NCBI GenBank assembly: GCA_965603825.1 | Contig: CBFDEM010000011.1 | Span: 62,001-126,000 of the forward strand | Origin: Blepharisma stoltei ATCC 30299 | Taxonomy: Eukaryota > Protista > Ciliophora | Length of the DNA stretch: 64,000 bases | Direction: 5' to 3' | Shown: positions 14,997 through 26,200 of the stretch, one piece after another | Position numbering within the stretch: position 1 is the stretch's first letter | How the letters are laid out: each line of letters starts with the position of its first letter | Made by a program: the position numbers and the translations under genes | Notes under the pieces: generated by a model | The model's database searches: none | Told to the model about the DNA's origin: nothing | The model's input: only the letters and a program-made list of their open reading frames with translations

Positions 14997-15245
14997 GTTA
15001 TTAATATAAAAGACTTGTAAATTAATCCATTTATGCATATTTTTAAATAAATCTGATCGGAATGTTCTTATAGTAAATTAGTTGGTTAAAAATGTATTTT
15101 TATTTTACCAATATTTAGAGTTATGCATTAAATACGAAGACCATAGCATAAAGCCTTTATTTACTAATTATAATTTTTATTTGAGTAATATTATAAGAAA
15201 CTGAAAGATTTGCTATTTAAAAGATAATAATTTAAAATGTATGTA

Positions 15246-18200
15246 TTATGAATTGCTGTCTATTAATTCATTTTTCGAGCTTACTTCATTCATAATTCTG
15301 CTTTCATCTATACAAATTTCATATGCCTTTGAGCGCTCTTTTATGACTTCTTCCAGCATTATTTGTTTTGATAACGCAAATTTAAAGAAGATGCTGATTT
15401 CAACCCCTTTTGCTGAGAAAAGCAAACTTGGGAGCTTTTTATGTTGGAAATATAAGGCAAATAGAATTATTATCAGCCACCCTCCAAACTGAAGGATTAT
15501 TCAAAATTTATAGTCCAAATAAGGAACTATATAATATAATGATGACAAAATTAAGCTTCAGGACAGCGCTATTAATGAGATAACTGCCCAGAGATTATAT
15601 CTTTCGTAATTGTAAGGTTTATGATATATCATAAAAATAATTAAAAAAATCGAAAATATCAAGTATATCAGTCCTTCTAGAGACTGACTATAGCGTTTCA
15701 GTGTTTTATTTAAGGCGACTGCAATTATTTGAAAAATACTTTTGGCTACTAAATATGAAGGGTTTGAGTAAACATTTGCATTGAAGCTTATACTATGCCA
15801 TAATGGTCTGCATAATATAGATAATGGTAAATAAATCAAAAGAGTTATTGCTGATAAGATGATGAAGAAAATGTGTGGGCTTTTGTAGCAATAAACTGAG
15901 CAGTCATGACTCATATAAGTATCGCTTAATTTATTACCTATTCCATTTTCGCATTGGAAAATTGTTAGGAGAATATGAGCAATTGGGATTAACCCTAAAT
16001 TCCCAATTATTGGAGTTATAAATTTTGCTAGCACCCCTATGTTGTCAAATAACTCAATATTTTTTCATTCAAAAATTCTCAAATAAAGAAAACCCGACAA
16101 AAGTAGCCATAAATAGCAAACTGAAAAAGTAAAAATAATTGCGAGCCAGTAGGCTCCATTTTTAAAATGAATAATCTCTGATAAATTGACAGCTGCATAA
16201 TCATACAAAATAGAGCTGATTTTATCATAAGCCCTAATGTCAGGGCCCATAGCTAAATATTGTAAAAAATCAATAAAAATCATTACAATGGTAATATAAT
16301 CATTTACTGTTATTTCACATTTTTTTCTAAGTATTGGAAATCGGGTTCTCCAATAAAATTTAATCAAAAAAATCCCAGACAAAACCGCCACTATTATTGC
16401 AATCCCCCACACAAATACATAATAAAGTGTTTTCCCAACATTTGAGCTTCTTATTAAATGAAGATTAAATGGACAATCATCAGGGTTCAATCGCTTTTGG
16501 CCTGGTATATTTGCAGAATTATCTGGCCACGTAATAGCTGCAGTAAACGCAAAAGCTGGATTTCTCCCTATACTGTAGCTCCCTACCTCAACATTTGTCA
16601 ATCTTTTTTGAGTCTCATTATACACCTCATTCCAAATGCTAATTAAGGCTGTGCTTTTTTCATTAGAATTACTTGAAATCTGTACAGTTCCTGAGCAGCC
16701 TGTAAACCTGACCTTTCTTATTCCTGCATTTAACAGCTCTGGGTCTTCGTAATCTTCTCCAGTATCAATTAAATATTTTATTCCATTAAGCCCAAGCATG
16801 ACTGCGTCAAAAGGGGTACAGGTTCCTCCATATAGAAAACTCCCATAAAATTTATTTCCAATCTCAATTAATGATGCCCCATAGCTACCTATCCATTCAG
16901 ACTGCCACAATGTTATAGCTCCTGCTGCAAGCTCTTTAACGTTTTCTCTGGTTTTATTTGTAATTACTTGAGAATACTCAAAATACCCCACGATGGGAAA
17001 ATACAGTAAATAAATAAAATCGCCTTTTCTCATACCTTCATCATATAGCTGCCCAAAAAGGTTAAATAAAGGTGTAGGCTGCAACAATGGGACTATTATT
17101 TTGCAGTCAGTTTTTATAGCATTTCGCATATAATCAGAATAATTTTTATATAAATCAGGAGCATATAGAGGGTCAAGCATTCTTTTGTCTTCATCGTTAA
17201 CTATTTTAATCCCTAAACTATTAGCGACACTGGAAAACGATTTATACATGTCTAAGCCAAAAGTGGAATTTTCATAAAAAACAATTGCACAGTTTCAGTT
17301 GAAAATTTTCATAAGATATGCTAAGGTGTTAGAATGGAACGCAAAACTCTTTGTAATCCGAACGAATTCAGGGTAAGCTGTTTTATTGGTAAAAATTTCG
17401 CTTGTGCATTGGTCTGAAATTAATGGGATTTTTATTCCAAGAGCTCTGAAATCACTTATTGTCCCATAGCAGACATTATCGTTATAAGAAGGAAAAAAAG
17501 CAAGCCCTAAATTTGATTTTTGCTTTAATAGGCAGCTATATGAAAAAGGTTTGAAATAAAAATCAGCACTGCAGTCTGTTGGGTGCAAACTTAAATTAAA
17601 ATCATCTAAAAAATGGATGTATTTTGCATATATCATAGCAAAAAATGCGCCGATTTTTATATAGCTGTTTGAGCCAAGCACAACTCCGTTGAAATTGGAA
17701 TTTCCAGATGCAATTGATAGCACAACTGGCGGCTTTATTGACTGTGGCACAGTTGTTGTATTTCCTGGGAAATATAATTCACTATTAAGTATTATTTTGT
17801 TATTTTGTATTTCCCCGACTATTTTTTTAGACCCAGCTTGAATATTTACTATAGAAAAATAATTCTCTGGGCTTTGGTTAACTGTGATATTCCTCAGTTT
17901 TTCATTTATAAAATAAATTGACTCAGAGCTTATATCAATGCTGCTTAAAAGCTTTATAATGCTGAGAGAATGGTAATGATTTAAGCTTTTAGCAGATTCC
18001 AAGCCTTTTTCTACTAGAAATATTAATCCGTCATTATTTGGGCCTCATATAGCTTTACTTCCTAATATTACCCCAAAATTATTTTTATACATATTTCCTG
18101 ATATTAAGCTACTTCCTATTTTTTGTGCTCCTTCTCCTTCATTAATAATTATAAGATTGAGCAATCCTTTACCTTTTATTTCACGCAAGGCAAATTTATC

Positions 18201-18737
18201 AGATAAATCTTGGCTTATTTCGTTTCCTAAGTTTAATGATGAAGCAATAATGCCACTTTTAAAAAATAATTTTTCCTTGAAATAGTTGTAAAAATTTATA
18301 TTATAAGAAGAATCGCTATAAGTGATGCCAAAGCGAGTTCAGTTTAAATAAGAAAGCATGCTTATCAGAGCTTCTGCATGATTATTAACTGAAATATGAG
18401 AACAATATTCCCATTCTGTGCAGTCTTTAGTATGGTCATCAAGTGATATAACAATAAATTCATAAATACTTGAAGATTCTTTAATTATTTGTTTTATTAA
18501 CAAATTTTTGGTAATATCAATAATAATAGTAGGATGCATATAGTTTGCTCCTATAAGTGATGCTTCACTGGCACTCTCTTGATAAATATCGATTTTACCA
18601 TCAAAAAAAACGTTCAAGTCATTGAAAATCTGAGATGAAAGCTCAGGGTCTGCTTCTTGGCTATATATAATATATATTGAAAGCCTTGATGAGGCAACTG
18701 CTATAAAAATCAGTAATCTAAAGATCATAAATTCCAT
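15246..18737 (-). CDS. Receptor array copy 5, 1163 aa
   Basis: ATG 18737 to TAA 15248-15246 (...ELIDSNS*). Single frame via TGA=Trp; paralogous along its whole length to copies 1-4. Confidence 0.86.
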
Positions 18738-19259
18738 TGCTATTAAGTTAATTAAGATAGCCTGATTTGATAATTAAGGAAACTATATGAAATTTATAAA
18801 GATTTTTTTAAATAAATAGCCAAAACGTAATAAAATAATTCTGTTTTTCAAGATAAATTCGAAAAGTCAGGAATATTACCAAAAATGACTAAAATAAAAA
18901 ATAAAAAATAAGCTAATAGCAACGGTTTAATATTTGGGAGTATGTATCAATTAAAATAGGCTCTCAGCATAGAATATGTAGTTCAAGCATAGAGCCCTAA
19001 ATCAATTCTGAGAATTTTTTTTAATAAAATATTGTGGGATTATAAATTCCATCATTTAGCTTTTCCTATCCAAATTTTGGTTTCAAAAATATTTTAAAGT
19101 ATTATAAAATTCTATTTAAAACAAAATTATTTTTTGAGACTTATAAAAAAAATTCTAGAGCATAAATCTGCTATTAAGCTACAAGAATTGAAATTTTTGC
19201 GTTTAAAAAAAGAGAAAAAGAGCTAAAATTCATATCAAAATTTTTGAGTGAGACTGCAG

Positions 19260-20100
19260 CTATGAAGCGCCTGCAGATTGCTTATAGAGAGAAAAATCGA
19301 TTTTTATTAATGTGGGAGAGAGAAGATCCCTTTTAAGAAAGGACAAAACCTCTTTAGAGGATTTTTGCCACATTTAATGGCTAGGGGTCAGAATTTGATT
19401 ACTTCTTGATATACACTTTTGATATATTAATAAGATAAGACATAATTTAAGAGACCAATTCTCTTATCTCAAAGTATCTGAATACAATGAGTCTTTATAT
19501 GAGCTTTAAGCCAAAGATAAAGAAAAATATTTTAGCAGTTTTTAAATGATTAAGGACTCCAAATGGTCTAAAACAGCATATATTTAGATATGAAAATTTT
19601 ACCATTTTTGAAATTTTACTTATTAATAGATTTTATCTTAAAAAATTTGAAAATCGAAAAGCTGGATAATTCCCATAAAACAGGGAAGCTAGAATGAAAA
19701 TATTTTCACAAGGAAAATTATGTCTCTAGAACATTCACACTTCCTGGCAGCGTACTTAAATATGAATTTATTATTGTGCATAATCCAACTGGATGCCCAT
19801 CCAGGTGGCAATTATTGGAATTATTCAGAAAATTTATCAGAGTAGATTAAGAGTGATGGCGTTTTAAAGTGACTTACTGTAAAGAAGTATTATGATTAAA
19901 GCCTATTGGATATGAGAATAGAGAGGCATAGTGTTATTATATAGGATCTCATGGTTTTATCTATACTATGCAAATACTGAAGACTGCATACTTATTTATC
20001 AGACAAAAAAGCGTTCTATGGCGCCAATTTCATTTGGTATAAAGCTTTCTTTATTAATCACAAAAATTATTCTGTTTTATATCTATAAAAATCAAGACAA
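19260..20100 (+). pseudogene. Possible decayed gene relic (kelch-like fragments)
   Basis: Coding-like composition with many stops and frame changes. Fragments such as CIIQL..PGG, LDMRIERHSV and HGFIYT loosely resemble kelch blades. Confidence 0.25.
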
Positions 20101-20524
20101 TACTAAAATATACAAATTTGATTATATAGCCCAATCCAAAGCACTGCTTGGGCTATAGTTGAAAGATAAAGCTAATAGATTTGACAAATAAGCTTTACTT
20201 AATATGGCAACAAAAATTTTCAACACTAGTAGACAAATTAAAACTAAATTTCGATTCAATAAGCATCTAGCAAAAAAATACTCTGCCAATACAGAAGAAA
20301 CAAACCTTTTAATAAAAGTTATTTTTACATTCCTTTTGCGTTTCATCTATTTTCTTCAACATCTAAAATCCAGCTAAATCCTCATAAAAATAAAATAAAT
20401 ATATATCAATTCACTCTTCAATAATCTTTTTAACCTTTCGTAAACATATTCCTTTTAATCTTTTCTGTTTATTTCATTTTCCACACTTCTATTTTCGCTA
20501 GTCTCCCACGAATGGATAATAAAT

Positions 20525-21028
20525 ATGTCGTGGCAGTCTTACATTGACACTCAACTCGTCAACAAGCTTAACTCTCAAAACCAATGGGAAATAACAGGCT
20601 GCGTTGAACATGCAGCAATTTTTGGCGCTGCAGACTTATCAATATGGGCTTCAACCCCTGGTTTCGCATTAGGCCAATACAACATTAATGTCCCTACAGA
20701 TGATGGAGTTAACGAAGAGTCATGCCATGTCAATGAAGTCGACATTTTCCGTTCAGTTGTGACTACCAGATCAGCTGGTTCCAAAGCAGGAATCAGAATT
20801 TGCAATGAAAAATACTTTTTGGTCAACTACGACGAAGAAAGACACACCATCTACTTAAAGAAAAACGGAGGTGGTGCTTGCATTGTCAAGACCTTACAGA
20901 CATATATTTTTGCTAGCTGGAACGGAGCACTTGAACATGGAGGAGTCCATCCTGGAAACCAGAATCCTGGACTTTGCAACGAGAGATGCGAGAGCTTGGC
21001 TGCCTATTTAGCAGGCGAAGGATTCTAA
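20525..21028 (+). CDS. Profilin
   Basis: MSWQSYIDTQLV N-terminus, HAAIFG, GIRICNEKYF, KKNGGGACIVKT and C-terminal ESLAAYLAGEGF are profilin hallmarks. Confidence 0.93.
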   Translation: MSWQSYIDTQLVNKLNSQNQWEITGCVEHAAIFGAADLSIWASTPGFALGQYNINVPTDDGVNEESCHVNEVDIFRSVVTTRSAGSKAGIRICNEKYFLVNYDEERHTIYLKKNGGGACIVKTLQTYIFASWNGALEHGGVHPGNQNPGLCNERCESLAAYLAGEGF

Positions 21029-21715
21029 TTAGACTAACTTTAACTTCTAACCCAAGAATTTATATAAATTAAGGAATAAAAGTAAAGAGAAGGATACTTA
21101 GAGGGGTTTCTAACGTGGAGAATTAAAAGAAATTTAAAAGAAGACCTAAGTATTTATGTTTTACTTTAAATAATTAAATGCAGGCACATAAGTAACAAAA
21201 GAAAAGAATTGAAAATTGAGAAATTTTGATTTGATACTTAATGTGAGTTTCGATAAAATAGGATTGAAAATAATGGATTGCTCAAAGAGGAATTAAATAT
21301 AACTATATAAATTATTAAGAGTAGAATAATTTGAAGTTTTTGGAAAAGCCAAAGAAAAATTATAATAAATCAAGTGCTAGATTGGTTATAATTTTTGCTA
21401 TATAAAGCCCGAAGCTATACAAGGATTCTAAAATTCTGAAATTGCTGGATTTATAATAGCCCCAAAGTGATTTTCTATACTGTATACATTAATTTCATCA
21501 AAAAATTCAAAAATGAGATATTAATTTCTTATAAAAATGTAACACATTAATAAAAATTTATTAAATTCTCTTACACAGTCCAATTATGCCTTATTCGAAA
21601 AAGCTACCCTTAGTCCCTGCAACCCAAGCTAAACTTTTTCTATCTATATACTAATAAGCTATTCATATTGGCTATTTCTTGTATCAGATTAATTAGAAAA
21701 CTATTAATATCCCAA

Positions 21716-22054
21716 CTACATATTTCCTACTTTCTTTTTCTTCCTAAGATCAGGCTCTTTCTTGTGCTTTTTGTGGCGCTTTTGAGGGAAGTCTTTGACT
21801 TTCTCTTGGTGGGGCGTTTTCAAGCAGCTCAAAATTTCTTCAATTCCTGAATGCTTAAGTTTTTTGGCTAAGGCTAGAGCATGTTCAGATTCAGATATGG
21901 TTAATCCATTTTTACGGGCTTCAATATAGTCTGGTTTTGTAAAGCAGCTCGACGGGAGCTCTTTATATAATTTATTAATAATCCTAGCTCTAGTTGTATC
22001 TGGGCTCCCTTCTCGTGCAATCTCTTTCAATGAATTTCAAAGTCTTTCTTCCAT
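21716..22054 (-). CDS. Small basic hypothetical protein (~112 aa; C-terminus may be altered by a 15-nt intron)
   Basis: ATG 22054 (MEERLW[TGA]NSLKEIAR...) extends the 21716-22030 ORF. Confidence 0.6.
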
Positions 22055-22077
22055 TTATTTGAACTATATTAAATTAT

Positions 22078-22830
22078 CTACTGAGATAAATCTTTATTGA
22101 GTGTAAGCTTCAGTCTCAACCCATTATTTCTTAATGGACTTGAACTTTTTCTCAACGATTTCCTCCGTTTTGGCTTAGAAAACATAGAAAGGCTTCTTGG
22201 CCGCAGATTGTCGTCAATTTCGTCATCACTGATTTCTAAGCTGGATTGAACTTCTTGGATATTCCTCATATTTTTATCTGAGTCTGTCTGATTAAGATTT
22301 TTTAGCATTTCTTCACTAGGCTTAACAGGAGCTTTTTTATTAAAAAAAGCTGTTATTCGAGCTGATTTTTTTAAAACACGTTCAAATTCATTTGAGGATT
22401 GTTGAGAAACTGGAAATTCTATCATAGTTTGGTTTAATTTATGATTTTTTGAAATAATTATTTTTGATTGACTTTTTGGAGGCTGAATTTCACAATAATA
22501 AGCAGGTTCGTGCACTTTTTTAGGTGATAATGAATGTCGAGAATTGTGACTTGTAGAGATTAAAGGCTTATAATTTAGGTATTCTTTTGGTTTTGGGAAA
22601 ACTTTATTATAAAAATAATCAGGTGTTGATGGTCTTATATTTAGCGGCTTTTCTGGTACAAAAATTGGGGATTTTTTCTTTTTGCTAGGTCTTTTAGTAA
22701 ATTTTGGAGTTCCTGCAGGGATAAGGATCTGTGGCCGAATAGAGTAAATTACAGGATGATTTTGGGCTTCCTGATAAGCTTTTGGCAGTATCGAATGTCT
22801 TAAACTCCTTGATAGGGAAGGTAACCTCAT
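22078..22830 (-). CDS. Hypothetical basic, S/P/K-rich protein, 250 aa
   Basis: Open ATG-to-TAG frame; no recognisable domain. Confidence 0.65.
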   Translation of the reverse strand: MRLPSLSRSLRHSILPKAYQEAQNHPVIYSIRPQILIPAGTPKFTKRPSKKKKSPIFVPEKPLNIRPSTPDYFYNKVFPKPKEYLNYKPLISTSHNSRHSLSPKKVHEPAYYCEIQPPKSQSKIIISKNHKLNQTMIEFPVSQQSSNEFERVLKKSARITAFFNKKAPVKPSEEMLKNLNQTDSDKNMRNIQEVQSSLEISDDEIDDNLRPRSLSMFSKPKRRKSLRKSSSPLRNNGLRLKLTLNKDLSQ

Positions 22831-22890
22831 AAGCTTTGGGTGCTCAGGAAATACTTCAATGCTAACTAATTTAGGTTCCGTTTAATAAAT

Positions 22891-23244
22891 ATGGACTTTG
22901 GCAAAGGGATAACAAATAAAACTGCTACAGAGTATTTAAACGAAGAACTGCTTCCAGCCTTAAATTTTGCTTTTACTGATCTACTAGAGCATGTAATAAA
23001 AGTTCACGAAATCGATAAATGAAAAGAAATGAAAGAAGAAGAGTATCACAAATATCGCAGGGAAGCTAGAAAAAGAGAAAAAGAAAACGCAGGCGAAAGT
23101 GTCACAGAAAGCGAAGAATGGGTAGACAGTGAATTAAGCTCAACTGAAGAAAAAGAAGTCCCGCCGCCTCCGTTTAATCCTCTTTTATTTGTAGCTGATA
23201 AATTGATGGAATGGAAGAAAATTCAAGCAGAAAAAAATAGTTAA
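22891..23244 (+). CDS. 117-aa protein with a Dpy-30/RIIa-like docking-dimerisation motif (IQCK/EFCAB5-like)
   Basis: ATG 22891 via one TGA: EYLNEELLPALNFAFTDLL ... FNPLLFVADKL, matching the two halves of D/D domains. Confidence 0.6.
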
Positions 23245-23272
23245 AATAATTATTAAAGAAAATTATCATTGA

Positions 23273-26200
23273 TTATCTAGGGCCAGGAGTTGCTGATCTA
23301 TCAGATAGCTTTGGAAGAATTACAGGCTCAGGAGTAATAGCTTCGTATTCTGTAGCATATCCAAGAGGGGAAATAGATCTTACATGGTCCAATCTTAATG
23401 TTTTGGCGCCTTCATTCGGCAATGTTGATAGCATTCTTGAAAATCCAGGCCCTACCCTTGCAATTCTGTCAGCTGCATCTCTTAAGGGCAGCTTATTCCA
23501 TGGGTGGAATGGGCCTATTTTTCCAGTCAAGTTTTCTAGAGCTTTTTCACAAGATGCGCAAGACCATCCGCCTAAAGGTTTTCTTGCAAACATTGCATCT
23601 TCTCCTTCTCTTTTTTCTATGACTTCATCCTGCTTTTGAGACCTTATAATGGTTTCTATATATTTTAGGGCTTTTCTTGTGTCATTTTTATCGGCAAATT
23701 TCCCCATGAGGTTGTCTATAGCTTCTTGCAGCGCTTTAAAGAATTTTTCTTCTAATGCTTTTAATGCATTTTCATCAATTTTTTTATCAACTTTTTTTTC
23801 AAGATTGTCTAATTTTTCTTGCATATTCGTAGATATTTTTTGCAGTAAATTTTGAAGGTCCTTGATAGCATCCCAAATCTTTTTAATATCGTTCCAAAGC
23901 TGGAATAAATCAACACCAGTCGGCAATTGGAAGCGCTTAACTGTTTCTTCTAAAATAAGAAGTTTTCTGTTTAACGCATTTAAGGCAGAAGTGTCTGTAG
24001 TTTTAGTTTTTTGTGGCGGCTCTGGTGCTGCATCTTTTGATTCATATTTTTGGAATAAAATATTTATGCTTCCAAACTCATTAGACAATTCTTCTAATTT
24101 TTTAGCTAAATCGTCAATTTCGGTTTTGTCGATTTTTTGGTTGAGCTTTTGTTCAAGCCTTCTTAGCTTGATTAAAATTTCTTCGATAGCTTCTGGGGAA
24201 AGGTGAGAAAAATTGGAAAGAATTAGGTCAATGTCACCGACTTTTCTTTCTAAGTTTTTTATAGCGTTTACATCAATTTGTGGAGCGTTTGTGTTTTTGT
24301 TGTAGATTATTGTTGTGGCTGGGTTTGGTATTACAGTAATTGGAGAAGTTTGGTTTTTATTTTGCTGGGAGTTTTCATGGGAGTATTCTTGGTCTTCTGA
24401 TATCCCTTGTGAAAGATTTCTGATTTGTGAATTTTGACGATTGTCACCTTTATATTGGCTTCTATCTTGAGAATTTTGTCGATTATCGCCTTTATATTGG
24501 CTTCTATCTTGAGAATAGTCTCTTGCATTTTCTCTTTGACTTCTGTCAGCTTCACCTTCATTTTTCTTTCTATAATTTCCTGCATTGCTGCTATTTTCTT
24601 TTTTTTTTGCATTACTCTTTCCTTGGCTTTCTTCTCTATTTTTATTGCCTCCTTGTCTATTATAGCTATCAGGCTGATTTTTGTTATAAGCAGTACGCCT
24701 ATCACTGTCTTTTTCATTCAGATTTTTTATATTTTTATTGAATTTTCTGTTGTCTTTTCCAGCTCCTTCTACCCCTTCTACCCCTTCTTCATCTTCCTCT
24801 AAATCATATTTTTCTTCAGAGTCCCCAGAAATATTTTTAGTATTAAAATAAGGCGTCTCATCTGCATATTTCGCTTGTCTGGCTCTATGCCTTGGAGATG
24901 GACTGTTATCCCCTATCATTCTTTCTGTTCTTGCACCTTGGTATTTAGGAATATTGTTTCCTCTATTACCTTGTGCAGTATTTTTCGCAGAATTTTTTCC
25001 TGCTTGATAAGCATTTTCTCTGTTTTTATCAGAAGTGTCTCTTGAGTCTTTTTTGCTTGAAAGGTCTCGTTTGTTTTCTTCTAGGCTTTTTAAGTTGGAT
25101 TTTTTATTGGCTTCTGGGCCTTTTGCTATATTTTTAAGAGCTGTGCTTCCTTGGTTTTTCCTATTAGGATATGCAGCTTTTTCTAGAGATGACCCTTCGT
25201 TGATTCCTTCATATGAAGCTCCTTCTTGATCTGACAAGTCACCTTGCTGCTTTTTCCCGTCTTCTTGGCCTTTTAATTTTAGTTTTAAAGGTCTTCTGAT
25301 GTCTTCAGGGTATTTTCTGTCTGTTTCTGAGGCTTCGCCATATTCTTCATTTCCTCTATCAGTTTGTGATCCTTGATAGTCAGGGTTTGTGTATTTTTGA
25401 CTATTTTTGTCTTGGTTTCTTCTATTATAATCTGCATTTCTTCTTCCAGTTTCTCTATGCCCTTCTTCTCCTGACAAATCTTCATTTCCTTCATAATTTT
25501 CTTGTGGATTTTTATAATTTTTTTTATTTCTTTCAGTGTTTTCTGCTTCTCCTTCAGAAAGATCTTCTTCATTACCTTGACTTTGGCCGTATTTTCTGTC
25601 ATTTGGATCTTGAGATGGATTTTTTATACTTAAATGAAGGTTTTCTTCAGGATTTCTAGCTTGTCTAGCCATTCTTTCAGTTCTTGACCCACGCTGATTA
25701 GGGTTTCCATACCCTCTTTCAGTTTCTGCATTTAAATCTCCTGAATTTTCTTGAGAGTCTTGGTCTCTTTTAAAAGTGACTTCTTTATTAGGCCGTCTTG
25801 GCTTTTTCGCATTTCCACTGTGTGAAAATTCTTCTTGAGGATCTTCTTGGTAGTTTTGAGGGTTTTCTTGTGAGAAATCTCCTTCCAAGTTTTCTTGGCC
25901 TCTTCTATGCCTCCTTGCTGGCTCTCCAGAGTAATCTTCGGGGTTGTCTTGGCCTCTTCTATAGTTTCTTGCTGGCTCTCCAGAGTAATCTTCGGGGCTG
26001 TCTTGGCCTACCTTATAATTTCTTGCAGGCTCTCCTGAGAAGTTTTCTGGATTGTCTTGGCCCCTCCTATAGTTTTTTGCTGGCTCTTCTGAGAAATTTT
26101 CTGGATTTTCTTGGCCTCTTCCATACTTTGCTGCTCCAGAGTAGTCTTCTGGGTATTCCTGGCCTCTCCTATAATTTCTTGATGGCTCTCCTGAAAATTC

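Noticed and set aside
3350-18737. Receptor copies 2-5 as multiply disrupted pseudogenes
   Set aside because: All breaks are in-frame TGA at Trp positions; no TAA/TAG or frameshift interrupts them.
19320-19385. U5-like snRNA (CCTTTTA plus Sm-like ATTTTTG)
   Set aside because: Invariant loop GCCUUUUAC and its enclosing stem are absent.
22063-22081. 18-nt GT..AG intron joining the 22830 and 22054 genes
   Set aside because: Removal does not put the two ORFs in frame, and the length is atypical.
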